This document shows positions 29,490 to 40,253 of a stretch of 64,000 nt of DNA, in pieces. The position numbers and the translations under genes are program-made. The DNA lies in the NCBI GenBank assembly GCA_965226795.1, contig CBDDDZ010000005.1, forward strand, positions 2,720,001-2,784,000. The letters run 5' to 3'. The DNA is from Candidatus Latescibacterota bacterium (GTDB lineage: Bacteria > Latescibacterota > UBA2968 > GCA-2709665). Every line of letters starts with the position of its first letter. Positions within the stretch are counted from its first letter, which is position 1. A model generated the notes under the pieces. That model did no database searches. It saw only the letters and a list, made by a program, of their open reading frames with translations, and was not told the origin of the DNA.

Positions 29490-29518
29490 TTGACAGATTC
29501 CAGGGGCGCAATTACTTT
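29490..29518 (+). promoter_or_regulatory. Putative sigma70 promoter
   Basis: TTGACA, 17-nt spacer, TACTTT upstream of the metallophosphoesterase gene. Confidence 0.5.
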
Positions 29519-29780
29519 GGTTGGTCACAGGAGCATTTCGCCGCGACCAGAACCCGATTCTTGCGTGTGTGCCCACCCTATTCAGGCCGCCCGGTGATGG
29601 ATATCCCCCTGTTATACGCCTGGAACCCCTACAGACTCCGGAACCGCATGACGCGCGACCAATTTATAAACCGTTACACTCGCAACGATGGGCAGCCGAG
29701 AAAGGCCGACAATTGCCCATCGTAACCGCGTGAGTACTGCCGCACCAGAGCCGGGACGCGGCCTTAAGGAAAGTGTAAAA

Positions 29781-31166
29781 ATGAATCTGAAGCAGGTCGC
29801 CGCCCACATCGATAAACCGTTCACGTTTGCCGTGGTGGGCGACACGCACTTTCTGCATCCAAAGTTCGGTCGAGAAACAGGTGAGCCCAGCGGTTCGTTT
29901 CGACCCTTGCAGGTTAATCAGTACCTCGAGAGCGTTCGCTATGTTATTATGCCGATGATGGCTTCGCTAAGGGAAGTATCGCCTTCTTTTTTGGTCATCA
30001 CCGGAGACCTGGTGGAGGGGCACCAGGACGTCGAACTCGCCATTGATGAGATTAAGGAAGGACTGGAATTTTTCGATGGGTATGGGATCCCGCTGCTGTT
30101 CGCATGTGGAAACAGAGACCGGGTCGAGGCGTTCGACGGCGTTGTTCGACCATATCTTGCCCGTTGGCTCGGCAGCACGCCCCGAGAGCGGTTTTTCTTT
30201 CTGGATGTTGCCGGTTGCCGGCTGATTTTCGTCGACACGCCCACGTGGAAACGGCGGGGCGCACAACGGAAGTGGCTGGAACTCACGTTAATGGGCCGGG
30301 AGGCTGCGGGAATCGAACGTACGTTTCTGTTTGGGCACCATCCGGTCTGGCCGATGGCAAGGGCCTTTTTTACCAACATCGATTTTCATCTCGATATGCC
30401 GGAAATATTGCGGGAACATCCCGTAGATGCCTTTTTTTGCGGGCATACCCACAACCAGAGCGTGTTGCTTCACCGTACGGATGGTCGACCCGTTCTGCAA
30501 TGCATGTGTGCTTCCATTGGCCTTTCCAATGAGATGCCAACGCCGCTGGATCGTGTGCAAAACCTGTTACCGTATCCCCAGGACGTGCTTACCTGTTGGC
30601 CGGGCTATCTTGAGAATACGGCGCCCGGATGGTTTATTGTCCATGTCGGCCGGAATTCGGTTGAAGCGGCATGGCATCATTTGAACAGAGGCGTGGAGAC
30701 CCGACTTGCCTGGCATCGACCCGGGGATCTTTCGGCCTTCGAGAAAATGGAACACCCCCCCGATGCACGTTTGATCTATGACGACATGAACCATATTCGT
30801 CGTGCTTCGTTGCGGTTCTGCGGATGGCATGCTTTGCGCCCGGATAAGCAGGTTTTCCTGAATGGCGAGTTGGTCGGCAACCTGCCTCCCGCAAACGACT
30901 ATGCGCCGGTCCGGATGGAGTTGCCCGCGAGCTGCCTTGAACATCTGGCCATGGAGAATCGGATCGAGATCCGGGTTCCCCGAAACGAGGCATGTACGCT
31001 GGGCAATTTCGTGCTCGAAGCGGTCTTACCCGGCGGACGATTTGTGCGAACCCGGCCTACTGGCGAGATTTTTACCTGGTCCGACCGGTGGGGCGCGTGG
31101 CATTCGACGTGGTTGCTGAAAATGAACCCTGGACGGTCCGCCACGACACTGTTGTGTTTTCAATGA
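29781..31166 (+). CDS. Calcineurin-like metallophosphoesterase with C-terminal beta-rich domain
   Basis: GDTH, TGDLVE, GNRD, FGHH and CGHTH motifs. Confidence 0.88.
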   Translation: MNLKQVAAHIDKPFTFAVVGDTHFLHPKFGRETGEPSGSFRPLQVNQYLESVRYVIMPMMASLREVSPSFLVITGDLVEGHQDVELAIDEIKEGLEFFDGYGIPLLFACGNRDRVEAFDGVVRPYLARWLGSTPRERFFFLDVAGCRLIFVDTPTWKRRGAQRKWLELTLMGREAAGIERTFLFGHHPVWPMARAFFTNIDFHLDMPEILREHPVDAFFCGHTHNQSVLLHRTDGRPVLQCMCASIGLSNEMPTPLDRVQNLLPYPQDVLTCWPGYLENTAPGWFIVHVGRNSVEAAWHHLNRGVETRLAWHRPGDLSAFEKMEHPPDARLIYDDMNHIRRASLRFCGWHALRPDKQVFLNGELVGNLPPANDYAPVRMELPASCLEHLAMENRIEIRVPRNEACTLGNFVLEAVLPGGRFVRTRPTGEIFTWSDRWGAWHSTWLLKMNPGRSATTLLCFQ

Positions 31167-31381
31167 ATCCGGCCACTTCCTGCCTTCACCAGGCTTGGAG
31201 GGGTCAACAAGCCGTCGCCAGCCGGCTGAATCACCGTTCGGGTCTAACGTCCATCGTGCGCAACTCTAAGGGTTGCCCATCGTGACTCACTCACCCGCTG
31301 CAGGCAGAACACGTCGGTCCGCACGGTAACTCAGCCAGGAATTCAATCAGCAACAATACGACTAAACCTTTGGGAATTTAG

Positions 31382-33460
31382 ATGAAAAAACCGCCGTTCA
31401 CAAATCGGTTGTTTCACGAAACGAGCCCCTATCTGTTACAACACGCGCATAACCCGGTGGACTGGTATCCGTGGGGTGACGAAGCTTTTGAACAGGCGAA
31501 AAAAGCGGACCGCCCCATTTTCTTAAGTGTCGGTTATTCGGCCTGTCACTGGTGCCATGTGATGGAAAGGGAGTCGTTTGAGAATGAGGCCACTGCCGCC
31601 TCGATGAATCAACTCTTCGTAAACGTAAAGGTAGACCGCGAAGAACGTCCGGATATAGACGAAATCTATATGAATGCGGTTCAGATGATGACCGGCGCCG
31701 GAGGGTGGCCGATGAGCGTGTTTCTCACGCCCGATCGGACACCGTTCTACGGCGGCACCTATTTTCCCCCCGACAACAGATATGGCCGACCTGGATTTCC
31801 CGAGGTGCTGCGCTCCGTGGCCAGGCATTACCGCGAGAACAGGGACAAGGTGGGCGAGGCGGCTGAACGGCTGATGGCCGGTTTGAAACGGCTGACCGAC
31901 CTGCGAAACCTGGACGGTGAGTTATCCGAGGTGATGTTTTCTGACGGATATGCGCAAATCGCCCGCAATTTCGATTCGGAAAATGGAGGTTTCGGATCCC
32001 AGCCGAAGTTTCCAAGCACCATGAATCTATCTGTTTTTCTGCGAGAATTCGAAAGAACGGGAAATCGCAATGCACTGGATATGGTACTGCTGACGCTGCG
32101 AAAGATGGCACACGGCGGGATATACGATCATCTGGGCGGCGGATTTCATCGATACTCGGTTGACCATCGCTGGCTGGTCCCACACTTCGAGAAGATGCTT
32201 TATGATAATGCCCTGTTGACCGGGCTCTATTTGGAAGCTTTTCAACTCACCGGAGAGCCGCTGTTCCAACAGATTGCACAGGAAACGCTGTCGTATGTCA
32301 TGCGCGAGATGACCGATCCGCAGGGCGGATTCTATTCCACCCAGGACGCGGACAGCGAAGGGGAGGAGGGGAAATTTTTCGTCTGGGATCGGGAGGAGGT
32401 GCACGCATTGCTGGGGGAAAAAGACGGTGGGCTGTTTTGCCGGCATTACGACGTGCGGCCGGAGGGAAATTTTGAACACGGCAAGAGCATTCTGAATATC
32501 CCTGTGGAGACGCCGGAATTAGCCCGGTTCCTGGATGTGGACCCGGCGCGCCTGGAAGCCGCGACACGGCGCGGGCGGGAGGTGTTGGCAGCCGTTCGCG
32601 AGGGCAGGATCAAGCCCGAACGGGATGAAAAGATCCAGGTAAACTGGAACGGTCTCATGATCTCGGCTTTCGCGCGTGCTTATCAGATTCTTGGAAGATC
32701 AGAGTATCTGGAAACGGCCCAAAACGCGGCCGGTTTCATTCTTCAACATATGATGACGGAATCCGGACGTCTATTGCATTCGTACCAGGACGGGCGGGCC
32801 CGGTTCGTAGGATACCAGGACGATTACGCCTTTTTCTGCTGTGGACTGCTCGACCTTTACGAAGCCTCCTTCGATACGGCATGGCTGGATGCGGCAGAGA
32901 CGCTCACGGAGACGATGGTCGACGAGTTCTGGGACCCCGAGGAGGGTGGTTTCTATTTTACCGGAAAATCGAACGAAAAACTGATTGTCCGCTCCAAGAA
33001 TCCTTACGACAACGCGACCCCATCAGGAAATTCGTTGGCCGTAATGTCGCTAATGCGTCTGGGCACGATTCTGGACAGGCCGGATCTGTGGAAGAAGGCG
33101 GAGCAGACCCTGAAGCTTTTCGAACCGATGCTCCGCGAGATGCCGACCGGTTTTGGTCAGATGCTCTGCTGTCTGGATTTCTTCTCCCGGCGGCCGGTGG
33201 AGGTCGTACTGGTGGGCGAACCGGAGGCCATAGACATGAAAAATCTCCTGAAGGCCGCATACAGACGCCTGCTTTCCAACCGGGTGATTGTGCGTACGGA
33301 TCCAGAGAAACGTGACGATCTGTCACGGCGTATTCCACTTCTTTCCGGTAAGACGGCGCTTGACGGAAAACCCACCGCGTACGTGTGCAAAGATTCCGTC
33401 TGTTCCGCGCCGGTGACGACAGATGTCCAACTGGACGCGTTGTTAAAGGATTCGTCGTGA
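31382..33460 (+). CDS. yyaL: Thioredoxin-domain protein YyaL/SSP411 (DUF255)
   Basis: [50 protein letters not shown] and DADSEGEEG. Confidence 0.95.
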   Translation: MKKPPFTNRLFHETSPYLLQHAHNPVDWYPWGDEAFEQAKKADRPIFLSVGYSACHWCHVMERESFENEATAASMNQLFVNVKVDREERPDIDEIYMNAVQMMTGAGGWPMSVFLTPDRTPFYGGTYFPPDNRYGRPGFPEVLRSVARHYRENRDKVGEAAERLMAGLKRLTDLRNLDGELSEVMFSDGYAQIARNFDSENGGFGSQPKFPSTMNLSVFLREFERTGNRNALDMVLLTLRKMAHGGIYDHLGGGFHRYSVDHRWLVPHFEKMLYDNALLTGLYLEAFQLTGEPLFQQIAQETLSYVMREMTDPQGGFYSTQDADSEGEEGKFFVWDREEVHALLGEKDGGLFCRHYDVRPEGNFEHGKSILNIPVETPELARFLDVDPARLEAATRRGREVLAAVREGRIKPERDEKIQVNWNGLMISAFARAYQILGRSEYLETAQNAAGFILQHMMTESGRLLHSYQDGRARFVGYQDDYAFFCCGLLDLYEASFDTAWLDAAETLTETMVDEFWDPEEGGFYFTGKSNEKLIVRSKNPYDNATPSGNSLAVMSLMRLGTILDRPDLWKKAEQTLKLFEPMLREMPTGFGQMLCCLDFFSRRPVEVVLVGEPEAIDMKNLLKAAYRRLLSNRVIVRTDPEKRDDLSRRIPLLSGKTALDGKPTAYVCKDSVCSAPVTTDVQLDALLKDSS

Positions 33461-33521
33461 CAAACCTGAGAGCACCAACCACGGAAACACACTATACTTA
33501 AAGCCCTGACAGGAGGATGTG

Positions 33522-34067
33522 ATGGCATCGGTACTTGTGGTAGGAGATGGTCCAGGTGGCCTGAGCGCGGCCATGTTTCTCGCCAAGAACGGCATGGATG
33601 TGGCGGTATTCGGACAGGATGCAACGCCCATGCATAAGGCCCTGCTTTACAATTACCTGGGGATTCCAGAGTTGACCGGGAGCGAATTTCAACGAATCTC
33701 CCGGGATCAGGTAAGAGCGCAGGGTGCTCGCATCGAAGATGCGCAGGTCGCTGGCATTGAAAAGACCCAAACGGGATTCACGGTGACCACGGAGGGTGGG
33801 ACCACCCACGAAGGGAACTATCTGATCCTGGCGGCAGGAACCAATTTAAAACTGGGCGTGAGTATCGGGCTGGAGAGAGGTCCCGACGGGCTGGTATGCG
33901 ACAGGGACGGACGCACGGCCGTTGAAGGACTCTACGTGGTGGGTTGGAGTACGCGACTGCGGAAAACACAGGCGATTATTTCCGCCGGTCAGGGAGCGTC
34001 CGCCGCGCTCGATATTCTATCGACCGAGGCAGGAGAGGATGTACACGATTTCGATGTGGTGTCGTGA
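33522..34067 (+). CDS. Short FAD-dependent oxidoreductase (thioredoxin-reductase-like FAD domain only)
   Basis: VVGDGPGGLSAA, NYLG, RTAVEGLYVVG and QAIISAGQG; RBS AGGAGG. Confidence 0.88.
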   Translation: MASVLVVGDGPGGLSAAMFLAKNGMDVAVFGQDATPMHKALLYNYLGIPELTGSEFQRISRDQVRAQGARIEDAQVAGIEKTQTGFTVTTEGGTTHEGNYLILAAGTNLKLGVSIGLERGPDGLVCDRDGRTAVEGLYVVGWSTRLRKTQAIISAGQGASAALDILSTEAGEDVHDFDVVS

Positions 34068-34177
34068 TACAACCGGGAAGAGACTCTTGCCTGGTATTGA
34101 CTCATCGAAGGCGCGGGGTCGTATTGACTGGAAATTGAATTGGCCCAGTGCGAAGGACGGCATTCTCCCCCAGTCGA

Positions 34178-34747
34178 TCAAAAATACCTGCGTGTCTTGC
34201 GGGGCGCTACCGGTTTCGGAAGCGCCTCGTTTTCCGGGATACCGTGGCTTTCAATAATGTCGCGTACCACATGGACCGGAAGTCCCATTCGGACGGCCAG
34301 CGCCATTGAATCACTTGGACGAGCGTCCATTTTAAATGTTGTTCCATCCGGTCCCTGCAGGGTTAGAACGGCAAAATACGTACTCCTCAGACGCCCATCT
34401 TCCAGCGGGCGAAGTTCGTCTATCACGATGGACCGAAGACGAACCCCGGCCTCCTCCATAACGTTGTGGAACAGATCGTGGGTGAACGGACGGGGAAACG
34501 CCTCGTTATTCAGTTTGCGCCAGATTGCCATCGCTTCACAGGGTCCGATCCAGATGGGCAGAAGTCGTGCGGTCTCGGTGTTTCGCAGAAAAACGATATA
34601 TTGATCTTCCGAATCCCGCCCAACCTGATGAACCTCGGTTTTTACCAGATCCTTATCCGCTGGATGTGCCGGCGGCGCAAGGGCACGGCTCAGACACAGC
34701 CATAAGGCGCAGAAAAACAACACCGAAGAACGGCATCTATCGTGCAT
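34178..34747 (-). CDS. Bifunctional nuclease family protein (DUF151)
   Basis: LPIWIGPCEA, PRPFTHDL and DARPSDSMALAVR. Confidence 0.92.
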   Translation of the reverse strand: MHDRCRSSVLFFCALWLCLSRALAPPAHPADKDLVKTEVHQVGRDSEDQYIVFLRNTETARLLPIWIGPCEAMAIWRKLNNEAFPRPFTHDLFHNVMEEAGVRLRSIVIDELRPLEDGRLRSTYFAVLTLQGPDGTTFKMDARPSDSMALAVRMGLPVHVVRDIIESHGIPENEALPKPVAPRKTRRYF

Positions 34748-34873
34748 CCTGGTTCCTTTCAGTGCGTGTAAGGCTGGCGTTGTCCGACATGAAATCCGTG
34801 CTTTACAGGAATATACGCCGGTGCCTTTCGTAGGGCAATTCGAATTCTCGGCGGCGGCCGCGCTGCTTGGCGG

Positions 34874-34902
34874 TTGACAAGCACCTCTGAATGTGCTATC
34901 TT
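34874..34902 (+). promoter_or_regulatory. Sigma70 promoter with extended -10 for the yicC-gmk operon
   Basis: TTGACA, 17-nt spacer ending TGC, TATCTT. Confidence 0.75.
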
Positions 34903-34954
34903 TATTAGTTTCAGAATTTTACACTCTTTGTGCGACGTAGTGACTGGAGAACGC

Positions 34955-35833
34955 ATGGTAGTCAGCATGACGGGTTTTGGGAGGGGAGAAGCCGAAACAG
35001 ACGGCTATCGCGCCACAGTGGAGGTGAAGTCGGTCAACGGGCGTTACGGCGAGGTATCCGTCCATCTGCCCAGGCAACTATCGGCAATGGAACCCAAAAT
35101 TAAGGACCTGGTGCTTTCTGTTCTTTCCAGGGGCCACATCCGCGTCTCGCTGAACCTGAGCGGTAAAGCACTTGAACAGGGCATCCCGGTTCTGAACGAG
35201 CAGGTCTTCGAGGGGTATCGGAACGGGTTTGCACGGCTTCAGGAGCGTCTTGGTCTTTCAGATGCACCCGATCCCATGCAACTGGCGCTAATGCCAAACG
35301 TATTCGAGCTCGAATCCAGGGCGCCGGATTTGGAAGTCGCCTGGCAGGCAGTCGCGCCTGCCTGCGAACAGGCCGTAGCCCAGTGCCAGTCGATGCGAGC
35401 AAAAGAGGGCGAAAGGCTGGCAGCAGATTTCGTACAGCGCGTTCATCACCTTGAGGATCTGATTGTACAGGTCCAGAAGTTGGCACCCAGCCAAGTCGAA
35501 TCCGCGCGCAAGAAGCTCGACGAGAAACTCGGGGAACTGATCGCCCCGGGACAGGTTGACCAGAACCGCCTCATCACGGAAATCGCCTTGCTCGCCGAGC
35601 GAATAGACATTACCGAGGAAACGGTCCGCTTCCACAGCCACAACGAGCAGTTTCTGAAAACACTCGATCGAGACGAGCCAATCGGCCGACGTCTGAATTT
35701 CCTGCTCCAGGAAATGCTCCGGGAAGCGAATACTATCGGGTCCAAGACCGGCAACGTGGAAATCGCGCATCTGGTGGTCGGTGTCAAGGAAGAGATCGAG
35801 AAGCTCAAAGAGCAGGTGCAAAATATAGAATAA
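34955..35833 (+). CDS. yicC: YicC/YloC family endoribonuclease
   Basis: SMTGFGR, KSVNGRY, DITEE, GRRLNFLLQEMLREANTIGSK and KEQVQNIE. Confidence 0.96.
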   Translation: MVVSMTGFGRGEAETDGYRATVEVKSVNGRYGEVSVHLPRQLSAMEPKIKDLVLSVLSRGHIRVSLNLSGKALEQGIPVLNEQVFEGYRNGFARLQERLGLSDAPDPMQLALMPNVFELESRAPDLEVAWQAVAPACEQAVAQCQSMRAKEGERLAADFVQRVHHLEDLIVQVQKLAPSQVESARKKLDEKLGELIAPGQVDQNRLITEIALLAERIDITEETVRFHSHNEQFLKTLDRDEPIGRRLNFLLQEMLREANTIGSKTGNVEIAHLVVGVKEEIEKLKEQVQNIE

Positions 35834-35853
35834 AGGCGTTATCGGTTCCACAG

Positions 35854-36558
35854 ATGGAAGAATCCTTCGGAATTGAGACCCTTCGAGAGCGACTCGATCG
35901 CGATCCCACGTCGTTTGCCGTGGTGCTGTCCGGTCCTGCGGGGGCAGGCAAGACATCAATCAGCCGGGGACTCCTGTCACACGACGACACCCTTCGGCGT
36001 TGCGTGACCACCACCACCCGTGCGAAGCGTCTCGACGAGACAGACGGAGTGGACTACCATTTCGTTTCGGAGGTGGAGTTTCGTTCCAAGTTGAAACAGG
36101 GGTGTTTTCTCGAATGGGCGGAGGTGTATGGCTTTCTTTATGGGTCGACTTTCGAGGCAGTTGCGCGCGCGCTTGAAAACGGCGGGGTGTTGCTGCTCGT
36201 GGTAGATGTACAGGGCACGGCGGCGTGGAAGCGTTTGCTCGTGGAACGGTGCGTAAGCGTGTTCGTCCTGCCGCCATCGGTCAACGCGCTTGAAAAGCGC
36301 CTGGGAGGGCGTCGGACCGAAGAGGTTGCCGCTTTGAAGCGCAGGTTGGAAAGTGCACGGATGGAGCTTGCCAAAGCCGTGGAATTCGATTATCTCGTCG
36401 TCAATACGGATTTGGATCATGCCATCGTCGATGTTGAGGAACTGATTCGCGTCGAGCGACGCAGGCCCTGGCGAACGCCGGATCTTCTCGCTGAATTCGG
36501 CCATGGGAACGCGCCTGTAGCGCAGCATTGCATCGGGCAGTCATATCGTCCTGAATAG
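35854..36558 (+). CDS. gmk: Guanylate kinase
   Basis: SGPAGAGKT, TTR...DGVDYHFVS, LEWAEVYG and VDVQG. Confidence 0.96.
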   Translation: MEESFGIETLRERLDRDPTSFAVVLSGPAGAGKTSISRGLLSHDDTLRRCVTTTTRAKRLDETDGVDYHFVSEVEFRSKLKQGCFLEWAEVYGFLYGSTFEAVARALENGGVLLLVVDVQGTAAWKRLLVERCVSVFVLPPSVNALEKRLGGRRTEEVAALKRRLESARMELAKAVEFDYLVVNTDLDHAIVDVEELIRVERRRPWRTPDLLAEFGHGNAPVAQHCIGQSYRPE

Positions 36559-36625
36559 ATTTGCGTCCGGAATTTCGACGTCGACCACAGACAGCCAAGC
36601 CCTATAAATGGAGGACTATGTCCAA

Positions 36626-36844
36626 ATGTCACGGATTTTCTTCCTTGAAGAGATCAGCAACGACGAAGTGAATCCATACGAGGCGGTCCGCGCCGCGTCG
36701 ACAGAGTCCCGCCGGATCAACCAGGCTCGGATGGCCAGAGACGTATCGGGAGAGGCGGAAAAACCCACAACGCTGTCGCTTGATCGCCTGTCGAAGGGCA
36801 AATTACAGATTTCGTACGACCGCGATGAGGAAACGGAACTGTAA
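36626..36844 (+). CDS. rpoZ: RNA polymerase omega subunit
   Basis: NPYEAVRAASTESRRIN and KPTTLSL; conserved gmk-rpoZ-coaBC order. Confidence 0.85.
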   Translation: MSRIFFLEEISNDEVNPYEAVRAASTESRRINQARMARDVSGEAEKPTTLSLDRLSKGKLQISYDRDEETEL

Positions 36845-36845
36845 G

Positions 36846-38045
36846 ATGGCAATGCCGACAAAAATGAGGATCCTTCTGGGGATTAGCGGTGGGATTGCCG
36901 CCTACAAGGGCGTTGAAGTGCTTCGCGGCCTGCAGCGTGAGGGTGCCGAGGTGCGGGTGGTGATGACAGCTGCGGCACAGAAATTCATACGTCCGTTGAC
37001 GTTTGAAGCGATCTCCGGCCACCGTGTCTACACCCACCTTTTTCCTGAGGCGGGTGATCCGGAGGTTATCCACGTCACGTTGGGTGAATGGCCCGACCTG
37101 ATTCTCATTGCTCCGGCAACGGCCAATCTGATCGGTAAAATGGCAAACGGCCTGGCGGACGATTTACTTACGTGCACAGTGCTTTCCAGTGAGGCGAAGG
37201 TGATGTTGGCGCCCGCGATGGAAACGGCAATGTACCGGCATCCTGCTTCACAACGCAATCTTCAGCGACTTGCCGATATGGGATATCTTTTGATAGGCCC
37301 TGAGAGGGGTGTGCTCGCATCGGGCCGAAGCGGAGTGGGGCGCCTTGCAGATCCGGAACGAATCGTTTCGGAGGCCGTATCCACAGCGGCGACCTGCGGA
37401 GACCTTTCGGGACGAAAGATTGTCGTGACGGGTGGACGGACGGAAGAAGATATCGACCCGGTTCGCTTTATCACAAATCGATCCACGGGAAAAATGGGGT
37501 ACGCAGTGGCACGCCGGGCCAGGCAGCGTGGCGCGGAGGTCGTGCTGGTGAGCGGCCCGAGCAATTTGGAACCACCCGCGGGGGTGAACCTCATTCGAGT
37601 AAGAACGGTGTCTGAAATGCGCACGGCGACCGAATCGGCATTTGTAGGGGCGAATGCTCTGGTAATGACGGCGGCCGTGTTGGATTTCAGACCTCGCGCC
37701 TACTCTGACAGGAAAATCAAAAAAAGCGGCAACGGGCTGAGTCTGGATCTGGTCCTGAACGAGGATTTTCTAGTGGAACTTGGAGCCCGGAAAAAAGACC
37801 GGGTTGTGGTCGGATTTGCGATGGAAACTGAAAATGGCCTCTCTAACGCACAAAAGAAACTCGAAGAGAAACACCTGGATCTGATTATTCTGAACGATTT
37901 GAATGTGGCCGGCGCCGGATTCGGCGTCGACACCAATGTGGTCACACTGATCGACGCGGGCGGTGTGGCAGAACCGTTGCCGAAAATGTCGAAGCTCGAG
38001 GTTGCGGACCGGATTCTGGATTGGGTAAAAAATCGGTGGACATAG
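36846..38045 (+). CDS. coaBC: Phosphopantothenoylcysteine decarboxylase/synthetase
   Basis: GISGGIAAYK, APATAN, APAM, IDPVRFITNRSTGKMG and GFAMET. Confidence 0.97.
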   Translation: MAMPTKMRILLGISGGIAAYKGVEVLRGLQREGAEVRVVMTAAAQKFIRPLTFEAISGHRVYTHLFPEAGDPEVIHVTLGEWPDLILIAPATANLIGKMANGLADDLLTCTVLSSEAKVMLAPAMETAMYRHPASQRNLQRLADMGYLLIGPERGVLASGRSGVGRLADPERIVSEAVSTAATCGDLSGRKIVVTGGRTEEDIDPVRFITNRSTGKMGYAVARRARQRGAEVVLVSGPSNLEPPAGVNLIRVRTVSEMRTATESAFVGANALVMTAAVLDFRPRAYSDRKIKKSGNGLSLDLVLNEDFLVELGARKKDRVVVGFAMETENGLSNAQKKLEEKHLDLIILNDLNVAGAGFGVDTNVVTLIDAGGVAEPLPKMSKLEVADRILDWVKNRWT

Positions 38046-38701
38046 ACATTGAGGCGAGAGAGACGCTGGAATCGGTACGAACGTTCCTGAAGACCCAGGC
38101 GGAATACGGTCTGACAGAGTTCACAGTCGCGCGGACGGATACAGGCGCAAGGCTTTCGGATTTTCACAAATCGATCCGCGACTGCCGGATGTGCGGGCTT
38201 TCGGAGGGACGGCGCAACGTTGTCTTTGGCAGCGGCGACCCGAATGCAGACCTGATGTTCGTCGGGGAGGCGCCCGGAGCGGATGAAGACAGGACGGGGC
38301 TGCCGTTCGTCGGGACAGCCGGAGAATTACTGACCCGTATGATTGAGGCGATCGGGTTCAAACGTGAAGAGGTCTATATCGCCAATGTAATCAAATGCAG
38401 GCCGCCGGGAAACCGGGACCCCCAGCCGGAAGAAGTGGATACGTGCAAGCCCTATCTCGAACGGCAGATTGAGCACATACAGCCGGTTGTAATCTGCGCG
38501 CTGGGTCGATTCGCCGCGCAGACGCTCCTGGATACGGACGAACCTCTGGGCAACCTGCGGGGTCGGCTTTTTTCGTACCGAGGCATTCAACTGATTCCCA
38601 CCTATCATCCGGCCGCACTGCTGCGAAACCAGCAATGGAAGCGCCCCGCCTGGCAGGATTTGCAGCTTCTCAGGCGAGTGTACGACGGCGCCGCCGGTTA
38701 A
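38036..38701 (+). CDS. Family 4 uracil-DNA glycosylase (Fe-S)
   Basis: [24 protein letters not shown] and TYHPAALLR. Confidence 0.95.
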   Translation: MDIDIEARETLESVRTFLKTQAEYGLTEFTVARTDTGARLSDFHKSIRDCRMCGLSEGRRNVVFGSGDPNADLMFVGEAPGADEDRTGLPFVGTAGELLTRMIEAIGFKREEVYIANVIKCRPPGNRDPQPEEVDTCKPYLERQIEHIQPVVICALGRFAAQTLLDTDEPLGNLRGRLFSYRGIQLIPTYHPAALLRNQQWKRPAWQDLQLLRRVYDGAAG

Positions 38702-38764
38702 GGACACCCGTGTATCCTGCATCCCGGGGGTCGGAACAAGGTCCCATTTTGGTTGTGTAAACCT

Positions 38765-40144
38765 ATGGCTTCCCTACCAACGAGCGCACAGATACCCCTA
38801 GATCGTCCACAGCCCCAGGCGCTGGAGGTCGAACGGGCAGTTCTGGGCGCCATGTTTATTGACAACACGGCCATAAGCCGGGTGATTGAGGTCCTGGGCG
38901 ACGAGACGGCGTTTTACCATTCCGCAAACCGCAGGGTATATGCGGCCGTCCTCTCCCTGTCCGAGCGGGGACTGCCGGTCGATGAAGTGACGGTTGCGGA
39001 AGAGTTGAAGCGGCGCGGGCAATTTGAAGACGTGGGCGGGTACGCCTATGTTGCCGGCCTGGGTGGTGAAATGGCGACCAGCGCAAACGCGGAATACCAC
39101 GCCAGGATCGTGCTTGAGCGCGCTCAGCGTCGCAGGTTAATCGATGCATCCACGCAGACGATTGGCGAGTGCTTTGACGACGCGGAAGATGTTAAAGAGG
39201 TGATAGACCGTGCAGAGCAACGGGTATTTCGAATCGCGGAAGGCGAACTCGGACAGGGCGTCGTGTCTCTCGAGTCCAAACTGCACGAGACATTCGAACT
39301 CATTGAAAAAGCCCAAAAACAGGTCGGCGCCCTGTCGGGCGTTACCACAGGATATCGTGATCTCGATGCAATAACCGCGGGGCTGCAGCCATCGGATTTA
39401 ATTATAATTGCATCCCGGCCGGCAATGGGAAAGACTGCGCTGACGCTCTGCATGGCGCGCAATGCCGCCGTAAGGGAGAAAACCCCGGTACTCTATTTCT
39501 CTCTGGAGATGAGTATGCAGCAACTGGCATTACGTTTGCTTTGCGCCGAAGCCCGGGTGGCGCCCCACCTAGTGCGTACGGGGAGGCTGTCGGCGGACGA
39601 GTGGCAGCGACTGGCGACCCGGACCGGAAAGCTGTCGGAGGCGCCGTTTTTTATTGACGACACGCCAGGTATCTCCATCCTGGAATTGCGGGCCAAAGCC
39701 CGGCGCACGAAGGTCGAACACGACATCGGCCTTATCGTTGTGGATTATCTACAGCTGATGACCACCTCAGGGAGGGTGGACAACCGGGAACAGGAAATCG
39801 CAAGTATTTCTCGCTCGCTCAAAGCGTTGGCCAAGGAGCTGGATCTACCCGTCGTCGCCTGTGCGCAGCTGTCGCGAGCAGTTGAGTCCAGGCCGGACAA
39901 ACGGCCGCAGCTTTCCGACTTGCGCGAAAGCGGTAGCATTGAGCAGGACGCGGACGTAGTCGCGTTTCTCTATCGGCCGGAAATGTATGGTATTCAGGAT
40001 GAAGACGGCAATCCACAGGAGGGGAAGGCTGAGATCATTATCGGTAAGCAACGCAACGGACCGACAGGCAGCGTGTCTCTCACGTTTCTGGGCGGGTATA
40101 TGCGATTTGAGGAACCTGAGATTTATCGTGAAGAGCCTTTCTGA
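38765..40144 (+). CDS. dnaB: Replicative DNA helicase
   Basis: SRPAMGKT, FSLEM, VDYLQL, QLSR, SDLRESGSIEQDAD and KQRNGPTG. Confidence 0.98.
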   Translation: MASLPTSAQIPLDRPQPQALEVERAVLGAMFIDNTAISRVIEVLGDETAFYHSANRRVYAAVLSLSERGLPVDEVTVAEELKRRGQFEDVGGYAYVAGLGGEMATSANAEYHARIVLERAQRRRLIDASTQTIGECFDDAEDVKEVIDRAEQRVFRIAEGELGQGVVSLESKLHETFELIEKAQKQVGALSGVTTGYRDLDAITAGLQPSDLIIIASRPAMGKTALTLCMARNAAVREKTPVLYFSLEMSMQQLALRLLCAEARVAPHLVRTGRLSADEWQRLATRTGKLSEAPFFIDDTPGISILELRAKARRTKVEHDIGLIVVDYLQLMTTSGRVDNREQEIASISRSLKALAKELDLPVVACAQLSRAVESRPDKRPQLSDLRESGSIEQDADVVAFLYRPEMYGIQDEDGNPQEGKAEIIIGKQRNGPTGSVSLTFLGGYMRFEEPEIYREEPF

Positions 40145-40253
40145 TGGCGCGCATGCAGCAGGTCGTATTGGGAGGGCGAACCGCCGGCCTTCCCGGCAGT
40201 AACCGACAACGGGTCGAATCAGATCAATGCAAATTTCATTCCGAGGGAAATAT

